64,000 bases of DNA from an uncultured Actinomycetota bacterium (GTDB lineage Bacteria > Actinomycetota > Actinomycetes > Mycobacteriales > Mycobacteriaceae). Where the stretch lies: contig CAWASF010000019.1 in the NCBI GenBank assembly GCA_963784685.1, forward strand, positions 730,933 through 794,932, read 5' to 3'. The position numbers and the translations under genes were made by a program. This document shows, in pieces, positions 46,911 through 57,120 of this stretch; within the stretch, counting starts at the first letter, position 1, and each line of letters starts with the position of its first letter. Below the pieces are notes generated by a model that was not told the origin of the DNA, did not search any database, and was given only the letters and a program-made list of their open reading frames with translations.

Positions 46911-47990
46911 CTAGCCACCGATCGCGCTCATCGGGCGGTCGGGCTGGATGAAGTCGGGGTCATTGATGCCGTGCCCGGCGGGCTTGCCCCACATCGCGGC
47001 GCGCCACGCCGCCTCGATGGCGTCGTCGTGCGCATCGCGCCGCAGCAGGTCGCGGAGGTCCGTCTCCTCGGCCGCGAACAGGCAGCTGCGGATTTGGCCG
47101 TCGGCCGTGAGCCGGGTGCGATCACACGTCGAGCAGAAGGCGTGCGACACCGACGCGATGACACCGAACTTTCCGCTCGGCGTGTCCGGGCCAGTGTCGA
47201 CCAACCACAGCTCGGCGGGCGCCGACCCGCGCGGCGCGGGGTCGGGCCGCAGCCGGAAGTGCGGGCGCAGCGCCGCCAGCACATCGTCGGCGGTCAGCGC
47301 GGCCCCGCGGCGCCACCGATGCCCTGCATCCAGCGGCATCTGCTCGATGACCCGCAACTGGTAGCCATGTTCGAGGCAGAACCGCAACAGCTCGACGACG
47401 TCCTCTCGGCCGGTGACGGGATCCAGGACGGCGTTCACCTTGACCGGTGTCAGACCTGCCCGCTTGGCTGCCGCCAGGCCGTCCAGCACGTCGGTGAGCC
47501 GGTCCCGACGCGTGATGGCCTTGAAGTGCTCCCGGTCCACGCTGTCCAGCGACACGTTGACCCGGTCCAGGCCCGCCTCGGCGAGCGTGGCGGCGCGCCG
47601 CGCCAATCCCACGCCGTTGGTGGTGAGCGAGATCTCCGGGCGGGGCCGCAGGCCTGCCGCCGCCGCGACCACCTCTTCGAGGTGGCGGGACAACAACGGC
47701 TCGCCACCGGTGAACCGCACGCTGGTGATGCCGAGCCGGGTGACTGCGATATGCAACAGCCTGGCCAGTTCGTCGGGCCTCAGCAGTTGTTCTCCGGGCA
47801 GCCAGTCCAGGCCGTCGGCCGGCATGCAATAGCTGCAGCGCAGGTTGCAGCGATCGGTCAGCGACACCCGCAGGTCGGTGGCGGCCCGCCCGTAGGTGTC
47901 CAGCAGCGGGCCCCTGGCGGGGACGTCCGCGGCGGCGGCGCCGCCGGTCCGGCCGGGCACCCTCGGCACACCCAATGCGGTCAGCGTCAT
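46911..47990 (-). CDS. moaA: GTP 3',8-cyclase MoaA (radical SAM)
   Basis: CNLRCSYCMP radical-SAM cluster motif and the C-terminal FCSTCDRTRLTADG second cluster. 359 aa. Confidence 0.95.
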   Translation of the reverse strand: MTLTALGVPRVPGRTGGAAAADVPARGPLLDTYGRAATDLRVSLTDRCNLRCSYCMPADGLDWLPGEQLLRPDELARLLHIAVTRLGITSVRFTGGEPLLSRHLEEVVAAAAGLRPRPEISLTTNGVGLARRAATLAEAGLDRVNVSLDSVDREHFKAITRRDRLTDVLDGLAAAKRAGLTPVKVNAVLDPVTGREDVVELLRFCLEHGYQLRVIEQMPLDAGHRWRRGAALTADDVLAALRPHFRLRPDPAPRGSAPAELWLVDTGPDTPSGKFGVIASVSHAFCSTCDRTRLTADGQIRSCLFAAEETDLRDLLRRDAHDDAIEAAWRAAMWGKPAGHGINDPDFIQPDRPMSAIGG

Positions 47991-48391
47991 GCGGCCACCG
48001 GTGCGGATCGGGTTGGGGAATCGACGGGAACGATCTGCTTGCCCAGCGGCATCAAAGACACCGGAATCAGTTTGAGGTTGGCCAGCGCCAGGGGAATGCC
48101 GACCAACGTGAGCGCCATCGCCACCGCGCTAGCCAGGTGACCGATCGCCAGCCATATTCCAAACAGCAGCACCCAGACGACATTTCCGATCAGGGCGCCG
48201 GTCCCGGCCGTCGGTTTGTCGACGATCGTGCGGCCGAACGGCCACAACGTGTATGACGCGATGCGCAGCGATGCGAAACCGAAGGGGATGGTGACGATCA
48301 GCAAGAAGCTGAGCAGCGCCGCGAGCAGGTATCCGGCGGCCATCCAGAGGCCGCCGAATACCAGCCAGACAACGTTCAGGATCAGGCGCAT
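47987..48391 (-). CDS. YccF-like inner membrane protein
   Basis: 134 aa with two copies of the NVVW-LxFG-W-A-GHL type membrane repeat. ATGA overlap with the moaA start. Confidence 0.8.
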   Translation of the reverse strand: MRLILNVVWLVFGGLWMAAGYLLAALLSFLLIVTIPFGFASLRIASYTLWPFGRTIVDKPTAGTGALIGNVVWVLLFGIWLAIGHLASAVAMALTLVGIPLALANLKLIPVSLMPLGKQIVPVDSPTRSAPVAA

Positions 48392-48564
48392 CTCTCCTCC
48401 AGCGGTGAGGCCAGCCTACCGAGTAACGGGCAATCGGGGTGCTCGTCAGCCGGGCATCCGAGTAGGATCAGAATTCAACATTGCGTCCTGATCGCGTCCT
48501 GCGCAGGCGGGACGCTTCTTGTGTTGGCCATTCTAGTGATCCGTCAGACAAGCAGGTGAGACCA

Positions 48565-48975
48565 GTGCCGACCGGCAAGGTTAAGTGGTACGACGCCGAA
48601 AAGGGGTTCGGCTTCCTGTCGCAGGAGGATGGCGAAGACGTCTACGTCCGCTCGTCGGCGCTGCCCGCCGGCGTCGAGGGGCTCAAAGCGGGTCAGCGGG
48701 TGGAATTCGGCGTGGCGTCCGGCCGGCGCGGCCCACAGGCGTTGAGTCTCAAGCTGATCGACCCGCCGCCCAGCCTGACCAAGACGCGCCGCGAGGCGGC
48801 GCCCGTCGAGCACAAGCACAGCCCCGATGAGTTGCACGGCATGGTCGAGGACATGATCACGCTGCTGGAGGGCACCGTGCAGCCAGAATTGCGCAAAGGT
48901 CGCTACCCGGACCGCAAGACCGCTCGCCGGGTCTCTGAGGTGGTCAGGGCCGTCGCTCGGGAGTTGGACGCCTAA
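48565..48975 (+). CDS. cspB: cold-shock domain protein with C-terminal extension
   Basis: GTG 48565 ([28 protein letters not shown]) with an RNP1-like KGFGFL. Position corresponds to Rv0871. Confidence 0.9.
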   Translation: MPTGKVKWYDAEKGFGFLSQEDGEDVYVRSSALPAGVEGLKAGQRVEFGVASGRRGPQALSLKLIDPPPSLTKTRREAAPVEHKHSPDELHGMVEDMITLLEGTVQPELRKGRYPDRKTARRVSEVVRAVARELDA

Positions 48976-49007
48976 TCCGGCGGGGACTCTGAACATACCG
49001 GTGCGCC

Positions 49008-49033
49008 GCGAAGCTACCGGGTGGTAACTTCGC
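49008..49033 (+). terminator. possible cspB terminator hairpin
   Basis: GCGAAG-C-TACC-GGGT-GGTA-A-CTTCGC, starting 33 nt after the cspB stop. No U-tract. Confidence 0.3.
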
Positions 49034-49108
49034 ATCCGTAGGTCGTAGTATTCAGGCCAGCAGCGGGTATTTCATGCCTCGATGTGAGTCGTTAGCGAGG
49101 AGGCGGCG

Positions 49109-51043
49109 ATGGCACAGCAAGCGCAGGTCACCGAGGAACAAGCGAGAGCCCTCGCCGAGGAATCCCGCGAAAGTGGTTGGGACAAACCGTCCTTCGCCAA
49201 AGAGTTGTTTCTCGGTCGTTTTCCGTTAGACCTGGTGCATCCATTTCCCAAACTATCCGACACCGACGAGGCGCGCACCCGCGCTTTCCTCGACAAGCTG
49301 CGGGAGTTCCTCGGCACCATCGACGGGAGTGTCGTCGAGCGCGACGCGCAGATTCCCGACGAATACGTGAAGGGCTTGGCCGCACTGGGTTGTTTCGGGA
49401 TGAAGATTCCGTCCGACTACGGCGGCCTGGGCATGTCGCAAGTTGCCTACAACCGGGCCTTGGTGATGGTCGCTTCGGTGCATTCCAGCCTCGGGGCACT
49501 GCTGTCGGCCCACCAGTCGATCGGGGTGCCCGAGCCGCTCAAGCTGGCCGGGACGCCCGAACAGAAGCGGAAGTTCTTGCCGCGGTGTGCGGCCGGCGCC
49601 ATCTCGGCGTTTCTGCTCACCGAGCCCGACGTGGGCTCCGACCCGGCGCGGCTGGCGTCGACGGCGACACCGGTCGAGGACGGCAAGGCGTACGAGCTCG
49701 AGGGCGTGAAGTTGTGGACCACCAATGGCGTGGTCGCCGAACTGCTGGTCGTCATGGCCCGGGTTCCCAAGAGCGACGGGCACCGCGGTGGCATCAGCGC
49801 ATTCGTGGTCGAGGCCGATTCGCCCGGGATCACCGTGGAGCGGCGCAACAAGTTCATGGGTTTGCGTGGCATCGAGAACGGCGTGACGAGGCTCCATCGC
49901 GTGCGGGTGCCCGCCGAAAACCTGATCGGCCGGGAGGGTGACGGCCTGAAGATCGCGCTGACCACGCTCAACGCCGGGCGGCTGTCGGTGCCCGCGAGCG
50001 CGACGGGGTCGGCCAAGTGGGCGCTGAAAATCGCCCGAGAATGGTCAGGCGAGCGGGTGCAGTGGGGCAAGCCGCTGGCCAAACACGAAGCGGTGGCGAG
50101 CAAAATCTCGTTCATCGCCGCCACCACGTACGCGCTCGACGCGGTGCTCGAATTGTCGGCGCAGATGGCCGACGAAGGCCGCAACGACATCCGGATCGAG
50201 GCGGCGCTGGCCAAATTGTGGTCCAGCGAGATGGCCTGCCTCATCGCCGACGAGCTCTTGCAGATCCGGGGTGGACGGGGTTACGAGACCGCGGAGTCCC
50301 TGGCCGCGCGCGGGGAGCGGGCCGTACCGGTCGAGCAGGTGCTGCGCGACCTGCGGATCAACCGCATCTTCGAGGGATCGAGCGAGATCATGCGGCTGCT
50401 CATCGCGCGGGAGGCCGTCGACGCCCACCTGGCCGCGGCCGGTGACCTCGCCAAGGCTGACACCGGTTTGCGCGAGAAGGCCGCGGCGGCGGTGGGCGCG
50501 AGCGGCTTCTACGCAAAGTGGTTGCCGCAGCTCGTTTTCGGCGAAGGACAGCGGCCCACGGCGTACAACGAGTTCGGCCCGCTGGCGTCGCATCTCCGGT
50601 TTGTCGAACGCTCCACCCGCAAGCTGGCCCGCAACACCTTCTACGGGATGGCGCGCTGGCAGGCCAAACTGGAGCAACGTCAGGGGTTCCTGGGCCGCAT
50701 CGTCGATATCGGGGCGGAGCTGTTCGCGATGTCCGCGGCTTGTGTGCGCGCAGAAGGCCAGCGGACCGCGGATCCGGTCGTCGGCCGGCAGGCGTACGAG
50801 CTGGCCGAAACATTTTGCCAACAGGCGACTTTGCGGGTCGAGGCTCTCTTCGAGGCGTTGTGGTCCAACACCGACAGCAGCGATGTGCGGCTGACCCGCG
50901 ACGTGCTGGAAGGCCGGTACACCTGGCTCGAGGACGGGATCGTCGATCAGTCGGAGGGCACCGGGCCGTGGATCGCGAATTGGGAACCGGAGGAGTCGAC
51001 GGAGGCCAATCTGGCGCGGCGGTTTCTGACCGTGGAGGCCTAG
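49109..51043 (+). CDS. fadE10: large acyl-CoA dehydrogenase
   Basis: 644 aa with ACAD fold blocks (AFLLTEPDVGSDPA ... IRGGRGYETA ... RINRIFEGSSEIM). Position corresponds to Rv0873. Confidence 0.9.
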   Translation: MAQQAQVTEEQARALAEESRESGWDKPSFAKELFLGRFPLDLVHPFPKLSDTDEARTRAFLDKLREFLGTIDGSVVERDAQIPDEYVKGLAALGCFGMKIPSDYGGLGMSQVAYNRALVMVASVHSSLGALLSAHQSIGVPEPLKLAGTPEQKRKFLPRCAAGAISAFLLTEPDVGSDPARLASTATPVEDGKAYELEGVKLWTTNGVVAELLVVMARVPKSDGHRGGISAFVVEADSPGITVERRNKFMGLRGIENGVTRLHRVRVPAENLIGREGDGLKIALTTLNAGRLSVPASATGSAKWALKIAREWSGERVQWGKPLAKHEAVASKISFIAATTYALDAVLELSAQMADEGRNDIRIEAALAKLWSSEMACLIADELLQIRGGRGYETAESLAARGERAVPVEQVLRDLRINRIFEGSSEIMRLLIAREAVDAHLAAAGDLAKADTGLREKAAAAVGASGFYAKWLPQLVFGEGQRPTAYNEFGPLASHLRFVERSTRKLARNTFYGMARWQAKLEQRQGFLGRIVDIGAELFAMSAACVRAEGQRTADPVVGRQAYELAETFCQQATLRVEALFEALWSNTDSSDVRLTRDVLEGRYTWLEDGIVDQSEGTGPWIANWEPEESTEANLARRFLTVEA

Positions 51044-51120
51044 CGCCGAATGTCGGCTTGTTGGGCAAGATTCCGCGATTGGGCGGCAACCAGCCGACGT
51101 TGACCAAAGGATGAGGACAT

Positions 51121-52113
51121 ATGGCCTCCTACGTTGCCGCGGCGGGCGAGTTCACCCGCGATACCAACTACATCACCACCCGCATTACGCCCGACGGACG
51201 CGACGGCTATCCCGTAGAACCCGGGCGGTATCGGCTCATCGTTGCCCGCGCTTGCCCGTGGGCCAACCGCGCGATCATCGTCCGGCGACTGCTGGGCCTC
51301 GAAGACGCTCTCTCCATTGGGTTTTGCGGTCCGACCCACGACGAGGGCAGTTGGACCTTCGACCTGGATCCGGGCGGTGTCGACCCGGTGCTGAAGATCC
51401 CCCGTCTGCAGGACGCCTACTTCAAGCGCTTCCCCGACTACCCCAAAGGGATCACGGTTCCAGCGGTCGTCGACGTGCCCACGGGCGCGGTGGTCACCAA
51501 CGACTTCGCGCAGATGACGCTGGATTTCTCCACGGAGTGGACCGCCTACCACCGCGACGGCGCACCCCGGCTATACCCGGAGCCGCTGCGGGCCGAGATC
51601 GACGAGGTGAGCAAGCGGATCTATACCGAGATCAACAACGGCGTGTACCGGTGCGGATTTGCCGGTTCGCAGCAGGCCTATGACGCGGCCTACGATCGGC
51701 TGTTCACCGCATTGGATTGGGTGAGCGATCGCCTGAGCAACCAGCGATTCCTGGTGGGCGACACCATCACCGAGGCGGACGTGCGACTGTTCACCACCCT
51801 GGCCCGCTTCGACCCGGTTTACCACGGGCACTTCAAGTGCAATCGATCCAAACTCAGCGAAATGCCGGTGTTGTGGGCCTACGCGCGCGACCTGTTCCAG
51901 ACCCCGGGTTTCGGCGATACCGTCGACTTCGCCCAGATCAAGCAGCACTACTACATCGTGCACGCCGACATCAATCCCACCCGGATCGTCCCCAAGGGAC
52001 CGGAACTTGGCGGCTGGCTGACTCCGCACGGCCGGGAAGCGTTGGGCGGCAGACCTTTCGGGGATGGAACGCCTCCGGACCCGCCGCGCGAAGGCGAGCG
52101 AGTGCCGGCCTAG
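51121..52113 (+). CDS. Xi-class glutathione-S-transferase-like thiol-hydroquinone reductase (YqjG/ECM4 family)
   Basis: 330 aa. GRYRLIVARACPWANRAIIVRRL contains the family CPWA(H/N)R catalytic-Cys motif. Confidence 0.8.
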   Translation: MASYVAAAGEFTRDTNYITTRITPDGRDGYPVEPGRYRLIVARACPWANRAIIVRRLLGLEDALSIGFCGPTHDEGSWTFDLDPGGVDPVLKIPRLQDAYFKRFPDYPKGITVPAVVDVPTGAVVTNDFAQMTLDFSTEWTAYHRDGAPRLYPEPLRAEIDEVSKRIYTEINNGVYRCGFAGSQQAYDAAYDRLFTALDWVSDRLSNQRFLVGDTITEADVRLFTTLARFDPVYHGHFKCNRSKLSEMPVLWAYARDLFQTPGFGDTVDFAQIKQHYYIVHADINPTRIVPKGPELGGWLTPHGREALGGRPFGDGTPPDPPREGERVPA

Positions 52114-52185
52114 TCTTTTCCGCCGAGCGTCGACTTTTTGGGCGAAGCTTCGGCGTGTCGGCCCAACAACTCCACGTTGGGCGCA

Positions 52186-53052
52186 TCAGAGCGGGCAACC
52201 GACGGCCAGCAGGGCACCACGGGCGCGTGCCACGACGACGTGGGGCCGGTCTCGTAGCATGTCGGCGCTGACCCGGATGATCGTCCAGCCGCGGGCCTCG
52301 AGTTCGGCCAGTCGATCGATGTCCCGGGTTCGCTGCACGGGATCGGTCCAGTGTTGTGCGCCGTCGAATTCGACGCCAACGTTCCACTCCTTCCAGCCCA
52401 TATCGATCCGCGCCATCACGGCGCCCCAATCGTTGGGCACCTCGATCTGGGTCTGGGGCCGTGGCAATCCACCTCCGACGAGAACCAGGCGCGTCCTCGT
52501 CTCGTAGGGCGATTCGGCGCCTCCGTCCGTCATGAGCAAGACGCGTCGCAGCTGGACCAACCCGCGGACGCCGCGATGTCGCTCGGTGAGGAGTTCCACG
52601 TCGGCCGGCTTCACCTCGGTCGCATGCATGAGCGCATCCAGCCGAATCACCGCCTTAGTCAGACCCTTTCGCCGTCCCAAGTCGAACGCCGTGCGGGCGG
52701 GCGTGGTGACGCGAATCCCGTCGCGCACGCATGTTTCGCCGTCGTCCAGGGTGTCACTGTGCAGGATGATGCCGTGCGCCTTGTCGCGGCCGCGCCGGTT
52801 CAACTCGGCCGGCAGCCAGTCGTCGATCCACGCCGTGCGGTGTAACGCGGCGGCGGAAAGGCCGGCCACGGTCGCAGTCCGGCCAGACCACAGCCAGGCG
52901 GCAACCGCCCGGGTTACCGGTGTGAGCTTTTTTCCACGGGGGATGAACACGTTGCGATGAACCGGTTCAAAATCCGTCCGCAATCGATGTGGCGTGACGA
53001 CGCCGGCTGCTAGTGCTTCGGTTCCTCTGAATGGCCACTCCAGCGGTTGCAT
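52186..53052 (-). CDS. DUF559 / Vsr-like endonuclease-fold protein with an AbiEi-like N-terminal domain
   Basis: C-terminal ESPYETRTRLVLVGGGLPRPQTQIEV ... VGVEFDGAQHW ... RDIDRLAELEARGWTIIRV matches the DUF559 pattern common in mycobacteria. Confidence 0.75.
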   Translation of the reverse strand: MQPLEWPFRGTEALAAGVVTPHRLRTDFEPVHRNVFIPRGKKLTPVTRAVAAWLWSGRTATVAGLSAAALHRTAWIDDWLPAELNRRGRDKAHGIILHSDTLDDGETCVRDGIRVTTPARTAFDLGRRKGLTKAVIRLDALMHATEVKPADVELLTERHRGVRGLVQLRRVLLMTDGGAESPYETRTRLVLVGGGLPRPQTQIEVPNDWGAVMARIDMGWKEWNVGVEFDGAQHWTDPVQRTRDIDRLAELEARGWTIIRVSADMLRDRPHVVVARARGALLAVGCPL

Positions 53053-53143
53053 GACGACACAGTGCCCGCACGCACCGACAGGCTGCGCTCAACGTCGACT
53101 TGTCGGACCCGAACGAATTCGCACAGCAACTCGACGTTCGGCG

Positions 53144-53644
53144 CTAAAGGATCCGCACTGACCATTCCGCGTGCGGGACAGCGCGAACCGTCGTGATGTC
53201 ATTCGGTTGGCTGTCGTCGACCACCACCGTCAGCAACTGCACGACGATCCCGGTGAGCCGCCCGCGCTGGGGGTCGACTGACGGGATGGTGACCGCGAAC
53301 CGGGTGCCGGGCCGAAACATCGTGGTGGTCGTGTTGGCGGGATCCTCGTATACCTGCAGTAGCCGCCAGGGTGCGCGGGAAATGGCGGCGGGCACCGAAA
53401 GTTGCACCGGATAGTCCCCGTTGAACGGGAGCTCGCCCTGAGTCTGCGGCGACTGGCAGTCGTTGAGGTTGAGCACATTGCAGTACAGGTAGGGCCCGAC
53501 CCGGGTCAGGTGCCCGTGCGAATACGCGCTGATCTCCGGTTGCCGTGGACCGGTCTCGCGCACGAGCAGCCACGTCCCGACGCCGGCGCCCACGGAAAGC
53601 AGTATCACCGTTGCCGTCAACGCCACGGCCACAACGCGTTTCAC
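53144..53644 (-). CDS. exported protein of unknown function (Rv0875c-like)
   Basis: GTG start overlapping the MFS gene stop (GTGA). N-terminal signal/anchor VVAVALTATVILLSVGAGVGTWLLV. Confidence 0.7.
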   Translation of the reverse strand: MKRVVAVALTATVILLSVGAGVGTWLLVRETGPRQPEISAYSHGHLTRVGPYLYCNVLNLNDCQSPQTQGELPFNGDYPVQLSVPAAISRAPWRLLQVYEDPANTTTTMFRPGTRFAVTIPSVDPQRGRLTGIVVQLLTVVVDDSQPNDITTVRAVPHAEWSVRIL

Positions 53645-55242
53645 TTCGGCACCGCCGCGGGCCTACCAACGCCCCGGCGCATCCCCTCCTGCTCGACCAT
53701 CACCGGGCGATTGCCGCCGAGGCCGGGAATCAACGAGTCGCCGCGGAAGCTCACGAGGGTCTGCGCCAGCCCGAGGATGAGCAGGGCACTGACCGCGGTG
53801 AAGCCGATCCACAGTTCGGTGTACACCAAGACGCCCAGCGCCCCGCCCAGCACCCAAGCCAGCTGCAGGGTCGACTCCGAGCGCCCGAACCCCGATGCCC
53901 GCGACTCCTCGGGCAGGTCGTGTTGCAACGACGCGTCCAGCGAGGCCTTCGCTATCGCGCTGGACCCCGAGGTGACCAGGGTGGCTATGACGGCCACGAC
54001 CAGGGTTCCCGCCACCGCCGCCGCCAGGGCGACGGCGCACACCGCCACCGTGCACCGGACCACCAGCACCGCCGGCCTGCCCAGTCGCAGGCGCGCGCTG
54101 GTGAAGTTGCCGGCGAAGTTTCCGATCGCGGCCGCGGCGCCGATCGCGCCCAACAAGCCCACCTGATACCAGGCGTTGCCTTGATGCGCCTTGGCGACGA
54201 ACGCCGGATACAAGATCAGGAAGCCGACCATCACCTTGATGGTGCAGTTACCCCACAGCGAGGTGATGATGTTGCGGCCCAAAGGCTGTCGAAGTGTTCC
54301 GCCGACCTTTTTGACTTCTTCGGGCCAGCTCCGCCGCGGGTGGCCGCTGTCCCGGCGGTAGCTCAAGGTGGCGGGCACCTCACCCTCGGTCACCTCGACC
54401 CAGCGCGGGATCCGCATCGACAGCAAGGCGCCGGCGATGGTGACGGCGATGACGACGAACAGCGCGCCGGGCAGCTTGAACAGGTGGGTGCAGACGAACT
54501 CGACCCCGAAGGCGATCGTGCCACCGGCGATGGTGCCGCCGAGGAGGCCGAATACCGTCAGCCGGGAATTGACCCGCACCAGGTCGATGCTCGGCGGCAT
54601 CACCCTGGGCGTCACGGCGCTGCGCAGCACGCTGAACGACTTCGAGAACACCATCATGGCCAGCGCGCACGGATAGAGCACCATCGACGGGTAGCTGCCG
54701 GTGGCACCGTCGTAGTTGATGATCAGCAGCACCGCCAGCGCGGTGCGCAGCGCGAACGACAGCGCCAGCGCGACGCGCCGGCCGTGCTGCAGCCGGTCCA
54801 GAGCCGGACCGATCAGCGGCGCGATCACCGCGAACGGCGCGATGGTGATCAACAGGTACAGCGCCACTTTGGACTTGCTCTCCGCGGTGGCGGCCGCGAA
54901 GAACAGCGTGTTCGCCAGCGCGACGGCCATCGCCGCGTCGACCGCGAAGTTCGCGACCACCGGCCACGTCAGCGCCGTCAGGCCGGACTTGTCGGCGCCG
55001 TCGGCGGTGGCGGCCCGCTGCACCATCCAGTACATGCGGGAACCCATTTCGCGGCTTCGCATTGCCGCGGCGCGGGTGACCGTGATGCGCTCGCCGGGGG
55101 CGGGACCGCGTGGCGGGGTCTGGCTGCCGCGGTCGGGTTCCGGCTGCTGGCCCAGCGGCGGGAGATAGCGGTTGGCGCTCGGCATCGGCGGCGTGCGCCG
55201 GGCGCGGCGCGGGTCGGGGTCGTCGGCCGGATAGTTGGCCAT
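53641..55242 (-). CDS. MFS-type integral membrane transporter (Rv0876c-like)
   Basis: At least 12 hydrophobic spans. ATG 55242 was chosen; a GTG alternative at 55332 is possible. Confidence 0.8.
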   Translation of the reverse strand: MANYPADDPDPRRARRTPPMPSANRYLPPLGQQPEPDRGSQTPPRGPAPGERITVTRAAAMRSREMGSRMYWMVQRAATADGADKSGLTALTWPVVANFAVDAAMAVALANTLFFAAATAESKSKVALYLLITIAPFAVIAPLIGPALDRLQHGRRVALALSFALRTALAVLLIINYDGATGSYPSMVLYPCALAMMVFSKSFSVLRSAVTPRVMPPSIDLVRVNSRLTVFGLLGGTIAGGTIAFGVEFVCTHLFKLPGALFVVIAVTIAGALLSMRIPRWVEVTEGEVPATLSYRRDSGHPRRSWPEEVKKVGGTLRQPLGRNIITSLWGNCTIKVMVGFLILYPAFVAKAHQGNAWYQVGLLGAIGAAAAIGNFAGNFTSARLRLGRPAVLVVRCTVAVCAVALAAAVAGTLVVAVIATLVTSGSSAIAKASLDASLQHDLPEESRASGFGRSESTLQLAWVLGGALGVLVYTELWIGFTAVSALLILGLAQTLVSFRGDSLIPGLGGNRPVMVEQEGMRRGVGRPAAVPK

Positions 55243-55415
55243 CCCCGGGTGGTGGTTCGCGGAGTCGCTGCGGGTCCGGCGGCCCGGGTTGGAGCCCGCC
55301 CGGCCCGGGTCATCGCGCCGCCGTCCATACACGAACCAATTCTGTCTTATGCGGGCAGGCAACGGGACGTGGCTCGCCAACCTAGTATGGATAGGCACTG
55401 CAGAGAGGGGACAGC

Positions 55416-56258
55416 GTGACCGGATCCACCGAGGAATCCGCCGCGGCAACCGTGGCCGAGTGGCCCGAAGGGTTGGCGGCGGTGCTCACGGGTGCGGTCG
55501 ACCAGGCCAGGGCCGCCGTCGAGGAGTTCAGCGGCCCGGATGCCGTCGGAGATTACCTGGGCGTCACCTGCGAGGACCCGAATGCCGCCACCCACCGGTT
55601 CCTGGCGCATCTGCCCGGTTACCAGGGGTGGCAGTGGGCCGCCGTCGTCGCCGCCTATCCCGGTGCCGGGCACGCCACGATCAGCGAAGTCGTGTTGATC
55701 CCCGGGCCGACAGCATTGCTGGCGCCCGAGTGGGTGCCGTGGCAGGAGCGGGTGCGGCCAGGGGATTTGAGTCCCGGAGACTTGCTGGCGCCGGCGGCGG
55801 ACGACCCGCGGTTGGTTCCCGGCCACACCGCGAGTGGTGACCCGCAGGTCGACGAGACCGCCGCCGAATTCGGGTTGGGCCGGCGCTGGGTGATGAGCCC
55901 CTGGGGACGCGCCGATGCCGCCGACCGGTGGCACACGGGCGACTATGGTCCCGACTCGGCGATGGCGCGCTCCACCAAGCGGATGTGCCGCGACTGCGGT
56001 TTCTACCTCCCCCTCGCCGGATCGCTGGGAGCGTTGTTCGGGGTATGCGGTAACGAGCTGTCCGCGGACGGACATGTGGTGGCCAAGCAGTACGGTTGCG
56101 GCGCCCATTCCGACACTCCGGCCCCGGCGGGCGACGGTTCGCCGATGTATGACCCCTACGACGACGGCGTTCTCGAGGTCATCGAGGCGCCGCCCGGGCC
56201 TGGGCCGCAGGACGAATCGGTCCAGAACGAGGCCGAGCCGACGGAGCCGCCGGACTAG
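55416..56258 (+). CDS. conserved actinobacterial protein with a C-terminal Cys cluster (Rv0877-like)
   Basis: GTG start. CRDCGFYLPLAGSLGALFGVCGNELSADGHVVAKQYGCGAHS. Divergent from the MFS gene. Confidence 0.75.
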   Translation: MTGSTEESAAATVAEWPEGLAAVLTGAVDQARAAVEEFSGPDAVGDYLGVTCEDPNAATHRFLAHLPGYQGWQWAAVVAAYPGAGHATISEVVLIPGPTALLAPEWVPWQERVRPGDLSPGDLLAPAADDPRLVPGHTASGDPQVDETAAEFGLGRRWVMSPWGRADAADRWHTGDYGPDSAMARSTKRMCRDCGFYLPLAGSLGALFGVCGNELSADGHVVAKQYGCGAHSDTPAPAGDGSPMYDPYDDGVLEVIEAPPGPGPQDESVQNEAEPTEPPD

Positions 56259-56710
56259 CCTTTTTCGGCGGCGGCTTTGATGTTTGCCAGCGAGGCGTTC
56301 ATGCCCTCGACCAATTCGCGTTCGAAGTTGGTGGTCCCACCGAACAGCGTGTTCACCGACAGGTTCGAAAATGCGGTGACACCGTTTTCGGCGTGCCGGC
56401 TCTCGATCACCCGGGTGCCCTCGCCGTTGGGCTCGAGCTCATAGCTCCAGATCGTGTTGTTCGTGTTGACCCGGAAGGCCAGCTTCTTCTCGGGGATGAC
56501 CTCGACGACGGTGCACGTGGTGGTCCAGAACAGTCTCTTGCGGCGGTTGACGTTGAGCGTGCGGGTGCCCTGGCGGAGCGGGCCGAAGGCCTTCATCCAG
56601 CGACACTGTGGGCTCCATTGCGGCATCCGCCGAAAATCGGATATCAACGCCCAGACTTTCGAGGCCGGTGCGTTGATGTCGATTTGCGCTTGCAGTAGCG
56701 GGGCTACCAT
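56255..56710 (-). CDS. SRPBCC family protein
   Basis: ATG 56710 (MVAPLLQAQIDINAPASKVWALISDFRRMPQWSP). 151 aa. Sits where M. tuberculosis carries PPE13, as I recall. Confidence 0.8.
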   Translation of the reverse strand: MVAPLLQAQIDINAPASKVWALISDFRRMPQWSPQCRWMKAFGPLRQGTRTLNVNRRKRLFWTTTCTVVEVIPEKKLAFRVNTNNTIWSYELEPNGEGTRVIESRHAENGVTAFSNLSVNTLFGGTTNFERELVEGMNASLANIKAAAEKG

Positions 56711-56744
56711 CGCTCCTCCAGGGTCCGGAAGTCGTTCGGGTGAT

Positions 56745-57020
56745 CTATTTGGGGTCGAGAAAGGTTTCGAGTCCGGCTTGGGCACCCCGCGCACCGCGGC
56801 GGGCCGCGGCGAGTTGCCACACGAAGATGCTCGTGCCGATCAGGCCGACTCCCAATCCGCCGAGCGTCACCGGGCGCCAGCTGTGCAGGGCGGGTAGGAC
56901 GAACGCAAGGGCCGCGGCGATCAGCCAGCCCAGGAAGCCGACGGCGACGAACGGCCACACCCGAAGCAGCGAGCGCGGCAGGGGTGGCGCCTCTGGGCTC
57001 TGGCCGGGTTCGAGTGACAT
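56745..57020 (-). CDS. small 2-TM membrane protein (Rv0879c-like)
   Basis: ATG 57020 gives 91 aa with two hydrophobic spans. Divergent from the MarR gene. Confidence 0.6.
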   Translation of the reverse strand: MSLEPGQSPEAPPLPRSLLRVWPFVAVGFLGWLIAAALAFVLPALHSWRPVTLGGLGVGLIGTSIFVWQLAAARRGARGAQAGLETFLDPK

Positions 57021-57120
57021 CGCGATTAACATAGCCCGGCCGCGATGGGGGCGTCCCCGGGCGGCCCGTCGTTCGCCGTTTCGGATGCCGTGCTTCTGCG
57101 GTTCCGTGTAACCTCGCGCC

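Noticed and set aside
46971-48140. 389-aa + strand ORF
   Set aside because: Antisense to moaA, which has radical-SAM motifs, and to the yccF-like gene.
48392-48564. Search for a Moco riboswitch or other known RNA motif upstream of the yccF-like/moaA unit and in the cspB leader
   Set aside because: I could not recognise the Moco RNA motif. The region shows only a short GCGTCC...GGACGC hairpin and repeated GCGTCCTG words. That is insufficient for a call.
53545-55419. 624-aa + strand ORF
   Set aside because: Antisense to the MFS transporter gene. Extremely Arg/Gly/Asp/His-rich.
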